From: Macrostomum lignano
Lineage: Eukaryota
Reading direction: 5' to 3'
NCBI GenBank assembly: GCA_002269645.1
Contig: NIVC01000880.1
Location: forward strand, 1-48,005
Length of the DNA: 48,005 bases
Part shown: piece by piece, positions 34,967 through 45,770 of the stretch
Layout of the letters: the number at the start of each line of letters is the position of its first letter
Position numbering within the stretch: position 1 is the stretch's first letter
Notes under the pieces: model-generated
The model's database searches: none
What the model was told of the DNA's origin: nothing
The model's input: the letters and a program-made list of their open reading frames with translations, nothing else
Translations under genes and position numbers: made by a program

Positions 34967-36716
34967 ATGTTCATTGTGGTGAAATACGGAGGTGAGGCTC
35001 ATTGGCATTGTTGCAACTTCTGAATTATAGCAGTCAAATATGAGGCCTCTAAACGCTCTAATTTGACACCCCTGCACACAAAAACTGGCACTCTAAACAC
35101 CCGAAACTGGCACTCTAAACACCCGAAACTGGCACTCTAAACACTCGAAACTTGCGCCTTTTAACACTTAAAACTGACGCCTCAAAACACTCAAAACTCA
35201 AACTGGCACCCTAAACGCTCGAAAATGGCGCCCAAAAACCTTAGAGACACGTGGAACATTGAAAGCTTGACTTGTCCCTGCCCTAAATAAATGTTTCAAC
35301 CGTAATAAATATTGCAGACAACAAGCAACAGCTGTTCAACCCCAAATGCTTGGCACAGGCACTTTTAGCCAATATTCGTGAACGATGCGGCTGCTCCGAA
35401 GACGGTGAGACAGCTGACGCTATGTGATTGATGAGATTGATTGATGATGATGTACATATGAGAGGCTGTGATTGGCAGGAGACATCTCCGTTCGTACAAG
35501 GCTGTGACTGTTTATAGTTGTCTGGGAACTAGCGGATGAAACCTTCAATTCCGAAATTGAATCTCCCCTATTCAATGCAGACGTGCTGGATCTCTCAGAC
35601 GAGGACGGAAATATTAAACGGATCAGCAAACGACTAGACGAAGATCCAGAGATCGTGTTCAGAGACCGGGAGAGCCTCATCTTGGTCAAGGAGATCAGTG
35701 AGTGACAATTTAGATTTTAATTAAGAGATTTCTTGTTGCCCATTGTATTTTACTGTATTGTAGAGATGATATCCAGCGAAGGCGCTGAGGAGCGTCTGTA
35801 CATGCCGCTGCTGGATCAGCTCGAGGATGATGACAGCTTTATCAGTGAGTTTCCGGGAATCGGTGATTTGTGAAACTTCCCCGAGTTTCACAAAGTCTGA
35901 TGTGAATTGTTATTGCTCAGGATTGCTCGAGGTTGGTGAATCCTGAGTCTGAGATTGGTGAATCCTGAGTCTGAGGTTGGTGAATCCTGAGTTTGAGGTT
36001 GGTGAATCCTGAGTTTGAGGTTGGTGAATTCTGAGTCTAAGGTTGGTGAATCCTGAGTCTGAGGTTGATTAATCCTGTGTCTGAGGTTGGTGAATCCTGA
36101 GTCTGAGGTTGGTGAATCCTGAGTCTGAGGTTGGTGAATTCTGAGTCTAAGGTTGGTGAATCCTGAGTCTGAGGTTGGTGAATCCTGAGTCTGAGGTTGG
36201 TGAATCCTGAGTTTGAGGTTGGTGAATTCTGAGTCTAAGGTTGGTGAATCCTGAGTCTGAGGTTGATTAATCCTGAGTCTGAGGTTGGTGAATCCTGAGT
36301 CTGAGGTTGGTGAATCCTGAGTCTGAGGTTGGTGAATCCTGAGTCTGAGGTTGGTGAATCCTGAGTCTGAGGTTGGTGAATCCTGAGTCTGAGGTTGGTG
36401 AATCCTGAGTCTGAGCTTGGTGAATCCTGAGTCTGAGGTTGGTGAATCCTGAGTCTGAGGTTGGTGAATCCTGAGTCTGAGGTTGGTGAATCCTATATTC
36501 AGAGACCATTTCGCAGAGCGGCTGAACTCCAGCGGTCCCAAGCGAGGCGCCAAGCGGCTATCAACCACCGCCGGAGGCAGCGGCAAGGCGGCTTCAAGCG
36601 GCTCGGCTGACAAGGCGAACAACGGCGGCTCGCTGTCGAGCCGGCGAGTCTCCAACTCCGGCGCCAGACTGAGCGTCGACAAAGGCGGCAGTCGGCGGAG
36701 CAGCCGCATCAAGTAG
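34967..36716 (+). CDS. CXorf65/C22orf15-like uncharacterised protein, 5 exons
   Basis: Exons 34967-34991, 35318-35404, 35581-35697, 35764-35844 and ~36505-36716 give MFIVVKYGDNKQQLFNPKCLAQALLANIRERCGCSEDDVLDLSDEDGNIKRI...ERLYMPLLDQL, then a Ser/Gly/Arg/Lys-rich tail. This resembles my recollection of CXorf65 (MFIFIKHGDNQQFLVNTNC...IDLC...PLL). The last acceptor is ambiguous. Confidence 0.72.
35085..35230. repeat. Degenerate 21-bp minisatellite (cgaaactggcactctaaacac), ~6 copies
   Basis: Visible in intron 1 of the CXorf65-like gene. Confidence 0.8.
35928..36492. repeat. 22-bp minisatellite (ggttggtgaatcctgagtctga), ~25 copies
   Basis: Directly visible; ends ~10 bp before the last acceptor. 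Confidence 0.96.
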
Positions 36717-37689
36717 AGTGCGCGACTGGGAGGGAGCCGTGACCCCAGTCTGCCTGCGGTAGCTCGAGTATGCTGTTATTAAAACAAGTGCTTCTAAAAG
36801 ACCACAGGAATTTATATGGTTGTATCAAAGTCTTTTATTTTGAATTTTAGTTGTCCTTGACCCCCCAAGTTGAACCTCGTACGCTGCGTGATTGCGAGAG
36901 ACCGTAGTACTTGCAACGCTTCAAAATAGTGCAAGATATGTTGAATATGATATGTTGTTCGGTCTAAATTTCAAAGATTTGGACTATTCCTGTCTAATTA
37001 ACATTGTCAGTGGTAAAACTTTGAGGCAACCCAATTGACAGGTACATTAGGGTTCATGGATTTTTAGGTTGGTGAATCCTGTGAATCTCAGAGTCACACC
37101 TCGCAATGCCTTTAAAAATCCCCCAAAAACATTACTGATAGGAGCATCAAGTGTTAGAGCACCTGTTCTGTAAACGACCCCGCACTTTGCAAGATTTGCA
37201 CTTATTTATGCGGCTGTCCAGAACGCTTGAAAAAATAAGACGATTGTCTGAGCCCGACGCGTGATGATTTCGTATGGTTTTCTTTTTCTAAAAAATACAC
37301 GCAAGATTAATATTGCTTATCTATTTCTTAATTGTTTAATCAATAGATTGTGCATTTTTGTTTGTATATCTTGGCTACTTAAAGTAGGCTTAAAAAGATT
37401 GTAAATATCGCAGATTAATTTATTTGGTCGGATTACAACAGACACAGATAAGAAGACAATTGGGCAGACGACAAAAAGATTTCAATAATAAAGATTTTCT
37501 ATAGCAAGCTTCAAAATTAACACCTGGTCAAAGAAAGTCCGCATTGGGAAAAAGCAGAAAAAAGAAACAACGGCTGCCTCAGACGGGAGCTCTGCCGTTG
37601 GCCTCGATGTCTGCGTCGTGAGGCCGATAATTCTCTTCCGGAAGCAGAAGAATGGGGCTGGAAAGTCCGGATAAAATATTGTTTGTTTG

Positions 37690-38142
37690 TAGCTGATAAA
37701 CCCACGCATGAACCCAGCACTGAATGACTGGCTAGCTGATAAACACAAGCATGAACCCAGCACTGAATGACTGGCTAGCTGATAAACACAAGCATGAACC
37801 CAGACTGAATGATTGGCTAGCTGATAAACACACGCATGAACCCAGACTGAATGATTGGCTAGCTGATAAACACACGCATGAACCCAGCACTGAATGACTG
37901 GCTAGCTGATAAACACAAGCATGAACCCAGCACTGAATGACTGGCTAGCTGATAAACACAAGCATGAACCCAGACTGAATGATTGGCTAGCTGATAAACA
38001 CACGCATGAACCCAGACTGAATGATTGGCTAGCTGATAAACACACGCATGAACCCAGCACTGAATGATTGGCTAGCTGATAAACACACGCATGAACCCAG
38101 CACTGAATGACTGGCTAGCTGATAAACACACGCATGAGCCCA
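37690..38142. repeat. 42-43-bp minisatellite, ~11 copies
   Basis: Unit tagctgataaacacacgcatgaacccagcactgaatgactggc. Confidence 0.95.
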
Positions 38143-38322
38143 GCAACGCGTGGACAGCAATATGAATCATAACAATGAAATTAAAAGCTTCACATTAAAG
38201 TCTCAAGTCAAAATGAGATTTAATCAACTCCTCAACACACAGACTGTATTACGGAAGGAAGTCTCCATCATTCCAAACATTATTAAATAGCCTGCATTGT
38301 GTGGCAGGACTTTATAGAATCC

Positions 38323-41300
38323 CTATTCATTGGGAGGCACGGCTGGCAGGCGGATGTAGATGTCATCAGGCCGAACTGCAGTACATCATAACTAAATGGA
38401 CATCTCTATTTTCTGACAAAAGATTGCGAGAAGTGGCGCCCGCCGTCCTACTTAAAGTAGAAGGAGTAGTAGATATAGTAGAAAATCACATATTTTATCC
38501 CAAAGAATTATCCCATCCCGTTGAATGGCGTCAGCAAGATGATGTACATTTTAGTACATCATATAACTTAGTTTAAGAAGTATAGAGACGGCAGGATGCT
38601 TACTTAGCGCTGACGGCACTGGGGGCCGCTGATCCCAGGAGGGAGAGCCGATGCGCTGCTCCCAGTTCACACCGTCAGCCAGCCTGCAAATTACAGTTTA
38701 ATCTATGATAATTAGGGAAAAATATTATTTAATCCCATTCCAATATGTAAGACTAAAGGATTCGATTATGAATTACAGGATGAATCTCGATGGGATTACA
38801 GGATGAATCTCGATGGGATTAGAGGATTATTCTCAATAGGATTAGAGGATTATTCTCAATAGGATTAGAGGATTATTCTCAATGGGATTAGAGGATTATT
38901 CTCAATGGGATTAGATGACTATTCTCAATGGGATTAGATGATTATTCTCAATGGGATTAGATGACTATTCTCAATGGGATTAGATGACTATTCTCAATGG
39001 GATTAGATGACTATTCTCAATGGGATTAGAGGACTATTCTCAAAGGGATTAGATGACTATTCTCAATGGGATTAGATGACTATTCTCAATGGGATTAGAT
39101 GATTATTCTCAATGGGATTAGAGGACTATTCTCAAAGGGATTAGATGACTATTCTCAATGGGATTAGATGATTATTCTCAATGGGATTAGATGACTATTC
39201 TCAATGGGATTAGATGACTATTCTCAATGGGATTAGATGACTATTCTCAATGGGATTAGAGGACTATTCTCAAAGGGATTAGATGACTATTCTCAATGGG
39301 ATTAGATGACTATTCTCAATGGGATTAGATGATTATTCTCAATGGGATTAGAGGACTATTCTCAAAGGGATTAGATGACTATTCTCAATGGGATTAGATG
39401 ATTATTCTCAATGGGATTAGAGGACTATTCTCAAAGGGGTTAGAGCGAGTTCAGCTAAAAGCAGACCGCAACCAACCAGGACTTGACCGGCAGAGGCCAC
39501 AGCTGCCATCGATTGCCGAATACTTGACGGAAATTCCGCTTAAATCCCAGATCGAAGGCCCGGTAGTCCGGTCCCGACTCCAGTATGGGAGCTCGCGAGC
39601 TTTCCAGCGTGGTCCGATTGCGCAGCGTCAGGAATGCGTGGTAGCCGGCCAGGAATACCAGGGACAGGGAGAACAGCCAGGCCACGAAGAATACGAATAG
39701 GACATGGAATCTGTAGGCCTCCACGTCTGCTATACCGGCCTGGTGGTGACAGTGAGATACTGGGTGAGATTGCTGAGATCCTAGGTGAGATTTCTGAGAG
39801 ACTGGGTGAGATTTCTAAGAGACTGGGTGAGATTGCTGAGATCCTAGGTGAGATTTCTGAGATACTGGGTGAGATTGCTGAGATACTGGGTGAGATTGCT
39901 GAGATCCTGGATGAGATTGCTGAGAGACTGGGTGAGATTTCTGAGATACTGGGTGAGATTGCTGAGATCCTGGGTGAGATTTCTGAAAGACTGGGTGAGA
40001 TTGCTGAGAGACTGGGTGAGATTGCTGAGATACTGGGTGAGATTGCTGAGATACTGGGTGAGATTGCTGAGATCCTGGGTGAGATTTCTGAGAGACTGGG
40101 TGAGATTGCTGAGAGACTGGGTGAGATTGCTGAGATACTGGGTGAGATTGCTGAGATACTGGGTGAGATTGCTGAGATCCTGGGTGAGATTTCTGAGAGA
40201 CTGGGTGAGATTGCTGAGAGACTGGGTGAGATTGCTGAGATACTGGGTGAGATTGCTGAGATACTGGGTGAGATTGCTGAGATCCTGGATGAGATTGCTG
40301 AGAGACTGGGTGAGATTTCTGAGATACTGGGTGAGATTGCTGAGATCCTGGGTGAGATTTCTGAAAGACTGGGTGAGATTGCTGAGAGACTGGGTGAGAT
40401 TGCTGAGATACTGGGTGAGATTGCTGAGATACTGGGTGAGATTGCTGAGATACTGGGTGAGATTGCTGAGATCCTGGGTGAGATTTCTGAGAGACTGGGT
40501 GAGATTGCTGAGAGACTGGGTGAGATTTCTGAGATCCTGGGTGAGATTTCTGAGATCCTGGGTGTGATTGCTGAGATCCTGGGTGAGATTGCTGAGATCC
40601 TGGATGAGATTGCTGAGAGACTGGGTGAGATTTCTGAGATACTGGGTGAGATTGCTGAGATCCTGGGTGAGATTTCTGAGATCCTGGGTGTGATTGCTGA
40701 GATCCTGGGTGAGATTGCTGAGATCCTGGATGAGATTGCTGAGAGACTGGGTGAGATTGCTGAGATACTGGGTGAGATTGCTGAGATCCTGGGTGAGATT
40801 GCTGAGATTACTAGATGAGATTGCTGAGAGACTGGGTGAGATTGCTGAGATACTGGGTGAGATTGCTGAGATCCTGGGTGAGATTGCTGAGATTACTGGG
40901 TGAGATTGCTGAGATACTGGGTAAGATTTCTGAGAGACTGGGTGAGATTGCTGAGATACTGAGTGAGAATGAGATACTGGGTGAGATTGCTGTGAGATAC
41001 TAGGTTAGATAATATTCTTACTGAGATACAACCGGTCTATTTTAAACCAGAACTCACAGTCCAAAATGCCACGAAGTACTTAGCAGACGAGCCGCCAACG
41101 TAGAAGCAGTACAGAGCTCCGTAGACTAGGAATAGCAGAAAGTATTTGTAGTTATGCAAGCCAACGCAGTTGTTCACCCAGGGACAGTGGTGGTCCATTT
41201 TTAGTAGACAGCTGCATTGAGTGCGCAAATGTTCTCTCGTGTAATGACAACCGAGATCTAAAGATGACATTGGGACTTCGAGATTGGGATCTGGGTTGAG

Positions 41301-42782
41301 ATCGGGATCTAGAGTTGGGATGGGGATCTAGAGTTGTAATGGGATCTAGAGATATAATGGGGATCTAGAGTTGTAATGGGGATCTAGAGTTGTAATGGGG
41401 ATCTAGAGTTGTAATGGGGATCTAGAGTTGTAATGGGATCTAGAGTTGTAATGGGGATCTAGAGTTGTAATGGGGATCTAGAGTTGTAATGGGGATCTAG
41501 AGTTGGGATTGGGATCTAGAGTTGTAATGGGGATCTAGAGTTGGGATGGGGATCTAGAGTTGTAATGGGGATCTAGAGTTGGGATGGGGATCTAGAGTTG
41601 GGATGGGGATCTAGAGTTGGGATCGGGATCTAGAGTTGTAATGGGGATCTAGAGTTGGGATGGGGATCTAGAGTTGGGATGGGGATCTAGAGTTGGGATG
41701 GGGATCTAGAGTTGGGATGGGGATCTAGAGTTGGGATGGGGATCTAGAGTTAGGATGGGGATCTAGAGTTGGGATGGGGATCTAGAGTTGGGATTGGGAT
41801 CTAGATTCACGGGAATCTTACACTCCGCAGGTGGAGCAGTGATGTGCCCGATCGGGTTTAATGAGCTGGCAGGAGTCACAAAGCCGGATGAATCTGCCTT
41901 GGCTGGTGCTGCCGCTGTTCCCGCCATTGCTGCCAAAAGAGCCGCGAGTGTACATAGGAAGATGACGCTCAGCAATAACACCCAGCAGGTAATCCTGCCA
42001 TCTTGAACTGGACTCAGATTCATTGCCTTCAACTATTTGAATGTTGGCTAGGTCTGTCTGACTTAGCTTGAACTGGTCAAAGGATAGGCAATTAGTATTT
42101 TTTTACTAATTAAACATAAAAATATTGAAGCAATATATTAGGACATAACAAACAAAAACTTACCTCAGATGGGACAAGCAAAGGCTTTGTCAATATTGTC
42201 TGAATGTAGGCCCAGACAAACATTCCAAAAAATATATGATAGAAAACAATCAATACCACTAAAAAGGTATGGGTTTATTAGATTAGATTGCAAATATAAC
42301 AAATTATATCTTCTAAATTTCTAATTCAATTTAAAAAAATAGTTAAAATAAAGTTAAGTATACTAAGCATTTAGCAACTTAGCTAGTTCATTTTAATAAA
42401 TTCATTATATCCAAGGTCTACAAAAATATCTATCTTTTAAAGGGATATATAATTTGATCTAAAATAAAATATTAAAAGAAATAAGTTAATCATCATTGTC
42501 AACTAATATTACATATAGATAAGATCAAAATTATACAAAATTACCTTTTTCACCAACACTTGTACTCGGAATAGCATCTAAAGTTATAATTGGAAATTAT
42601 ATTTAATAAAATTTATTCTATAAACAAAAAACAATTTATTAAAAAATAAAGCTACAAAATTGAAACTTACATATGCACATTGCAACTACATAGGCATAGT
42701 ATGACCAAGATAATATAAGGGAAATAAAGACAAGTGGTATCGCTCTTGAAATTTTAATGCAAATTAATAAACACTTGTTCAT
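38323..42782 (-). CDS. DHHC palmitoyltransferase, ZDHHC2/15/20 subfamily
   Basis: Exons 42671-42782, 42545-42577, 42164-42258, 41822-42072, 41058-41211, 39477-39739, 38604-38683 and probable last exon 38323-38375 are phase-consistent. Motifs: [89 protein letters not shown]. Confidence 0.93.
38790..39445. repeat. 23-bp minisatellite (gggattagatgactattctcaat), ~28 copies
   Basis: Directly visible, in a ZDHHC intron. Confidence 0.96.
39755..41003. repeat. 21-bp minisatellite (gggtgagattgctgagatact), ~59 copies
   Basis: Directly visible; source of the LGEIAEI and RYWVRLL shadow ORFs. Confidence 0.97.
41285..41805. repeat. 19-21-bp minisatellite (gggatctagagttgtaatgg / gggatctagagttgggatgg), ~26 copies
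   Basis: Directly visible; ends just before the donor at 41821. Confidence 0.95.
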
Positions 42783-43963
42783 TTTTATTTTAGTTACACA
42801 AGTTTGAGAGTTGATGACCTAAATAAATCAAAGAAATATATTCAATATATCACTGTGCTAGCAAGGAGAATGACTAATAGTATGGCACACATTCAAGTCT
42901 ATATTCCATATTATTGGTTGTGTATTATAACTTTCTTAAATAAAACTAATTACTAAAGTCTGAAAGTATTTGATAAATAGATTTAACATTGTCAGGAATC
43001 TAAGATGGATCATTCAATATATTTTATCCATTTTTGTGCGTTAAAATAGCTAATCAATATATTTCGACTTCATCGCCTGTGAGAGACAGGAGGGAAGGGG
43101 GGTGGGTTGTAGGACTGCGTGCAAGGTGCAAGAGTCGTAGTAGAACGAAACTGCTGCCAAGTCTGCCAGGAAGCTAGTGCCAGAAAAATTTTAAAACCCA
43201 ATTCCTATTTAGTACTTTAAAATCCCGCCGTAACGGAGATCGATGCTAAACCACCCAATAAAACAACGATTTACTACTTGAATAATAAAATTTACAACAG
43301 TCTTAGATTTAAAATGATTGCATAGTATCTTTAAAAAATCAATATGTCCTATTTTTTCTTTCATTCTGTAGAAACAAGTTCTCTAAAAATGGCGAATACT
43401 CGTATTCTAAACTAATAGATCCGATCGACATCTGCAGCAACGTGAGAATTAAAACCACCAACCGTAACTACCAAAGTGAAAATAAAGTGATAAGTTAACT
43501 AATGACCTTAATGCAACTTATAAAAACCAGCAAAAATGCATTGACAGTTACTTTCAAAGCTAATGACACTGGAAAACTACAATTTTTGTGAAGAAACCTA
43601 TATGCGATGCATGCAATTATAAGAACGAATCTGTTTCTGTGGGTTGAGCGACTGCTGAATGATTTTTGCAGAAAATAATAAACAGCAAACATTCTGAGCA
43701 AAATAGCAAGTAAAAATGATACGCAACTGGGTGGTGCTAGCTGGAGAAGCCCATATGCGATTGTTAATTCTAAGACTAATTAAAAAGACGTACTAAGTTA
43801 AATATTCAGAGTTTTGTAAGACGAAAATATTTCACCATAGACTATTTTACGCAGTTCAAAACAGGTCAAAAAACGATTTTAAAGCCCTTAAAGCACGCTC
43901 AAAACTTTCGAGAGTAAAAATATTATCAAACCGAATTGAACAGCTGAAGCTAGCTATCGCCCT

Positions 43964-44775
43964 GGGGGTGTTTTACGAACCAAAGTTCAATCTTAAGATC
44001 AAACTTAGGATTGAGTTTAGGATCGACGTGTTCTATGAAGATAAAAGTCGATCTTAGCTGGGATCCAACTTAGGTCTGACCTAAGGAAATTGATAAGATC
44101 GAACTTACGACTGGTGCGTTTTATCAAGAGGACAAGAGAGACTGTCTATGACCAAAACTGTCATGGTCGATCTTAACTTTAGAACACATCTAGATCGTTT
44201 TCCTAAGTTTTAAGTCGCTATCTGAACAGCAAGAGCCGATCTTTTGGAATAAAATGTTTGCCGTTTTAATTGCTCGTCGTGCGACCGAGAGGCAAAGGAT
44301 TCCTCGGGTTTTTCGGGACAGGTTAGTGTTAATGATAGATAGTTCTTTCAATATATCATGAAATTATATTGTAAACTGCGATGCCATCTCAGCATCGGCT
44401 TCTCTCTTGCCATCTCCAGCAGGATCTCAATCTCTTTCTGACTAAAATTAGGTCTTCTTTTATCAGCCATTCGAATCTGATTTGCAATGCAAAATAAACT
44501 CAATGAACAAGAAGTACTATAAGCTGTGACCGTGTCTCTGCTGGCTAAAATAAGGCATATATAAAACGGCTAAAGTTTGACGCCGCGCAGAATTAGTCTA
44601 TGGTCAACCCTATCTTAAACTTTCTCGTCCAGAACCAAAGCTCGACCTTAGCTAAGATCGAGGTTAGAAGTGACTCCTAAGTGTTTGTAAAACGCATTTA
44701 CGGCTCAGTCTTAAGTTCGAGCCTAAGTTGGAACTTAGGAGTCAGTCTTAAGACGCAGTTCGTAAAACACCCCCC
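43964..44775. mobile_element. Non-autonomous PIF/Harbinger-like DNA element (~810 bp) with a Myb/SANT-like gene fragment
   Basis: TIRs gggggtgttttacgaac (43964-43980) and gttcgtaaaacaccccc (44758-44774), flanked by ctg/cag. Many subterminal cttaag/cttag/ctaag motifs. Internal minus-strand peptide MADKRRPNFSQKEIEILLEM resembles the start of Harbinger-associated Myb/SANT proteins. Confidence 0.68.
44348..44470 (-). pseudogene. Truncated Myb/SANT-like DNA-binding fragment inside the Harbinger-like element
   Basis: 40 codons, MADKRRPNFSQKEIEILLEMAREKPMLRWHR...; similarity is limited to the first ~22 aa. Confidence 0.55.
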
Positions 44776-44778
44776 AGG

Positions 44779-45003
44779 ATGAGGTCGCACTCGCAACAAC
44801 CGTCACCTGTCGCCACCACTTATAACAAGCCGGAGAGACAGACGGCTTCAACTCCGCGCAAGCGAGCCCGTCCAGCCAAGCGGAAACGCTCCGCCTCTAA
44901 GGGGGCCAGTAGGATGCGGTCCGCCTCCAGGGGGACCCGCAAGCCGAAGCGCTCCGCCTCTACAGGGGCCGGCAAGAAGCGCAGACGAGCCACCAGAAAG
45001 TGA
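44779..45003 (+). CDS. Small Arg/Lys/Ser-rich basic ORF (protamine-like or H1-tail-like); coding status uncertain
   Basis: 74 aa with three [K/M]RSASxG repeats and dense K/R; no homology established. Confidence 0.35.
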   Translation: MRSHSQQPSPVATTYNKPERQTASTPRKRARPAKRKRSASKGASRMRSASRGTRKPKRSASTGAGKKRRRATRK

Positions 45004-45770
45004 TCCACCAAACGTACATTGAAACCGCCGAGAAGAAGCCGACGAAGAACTGAAAGACAAAATGGTTTGTGACTGGGAAGGTCACCATTTGATCCAGGAA
45101 GTGAGGACTCTCGGCACTAGTTATTTACAGCGTTTAGTTCAACCATTTACCTCTATATTAACATGGCCTGAATCCCCTAGATGAATCAGCAGAAATACTA
45201 TTCTTAGGCATTTGAGGATTCAATCAATCAAGCAGCACTTAGCTGAAAGAAATTTTATGTTTCTATTTTCTGTTAATAGAGATGGCGGCAAGCATTCCTG
45301 AATAAAAGACGAACACATAACAGGATTTTAATCAATCGATAGTCCTTACGAATTGATTTTTTTCGTTGACCAACGAACGTTATACAGGTAGAAAGTGAAA
45401 CCCACAAGCATTTAAATGAGCAAAAGCTCCCTATAGATGTACAACACGGTCAATCTTTCCATGGTCGAATACAAAGAGCGGACTAGAGCATGCAGCAATC
45501 ACTGTTTTTCTATGAGGCAACTTGCAATCAGGATGGCAGCCGTGACGGCGTCGACATATATGTACTTTTATATTAGATCGACGGATAATACAACGGCAAC
45601 TACGATGCATTCGAGAGCTGAAATTAATACTGATCGAAACCACCTTTTTCTTACTCTGGCTTTCTTCTGTTGGCCTTTTATTCACTTCTGTGGGCCAAAT
45701 TTGATCAAACGCACGAATACAAAACCACACGATCAGCAGAATACGAGCCGTATAGAGAGAGGAGGGAGAA

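Noticed and set aside
35888-36712. Minus-strand 274-aa ORF with PQTQDSPTSDSGFTNLRLRIHQ repeats
   Set aside because: Antisense of the CXorf65-like last exon plus the 22-bp array.
43040-43200. Cys-containing stretch resembling a decayed transposase zinc ribbon
   Set aside because: No continuous frame or recognisable motif; too weak to call.
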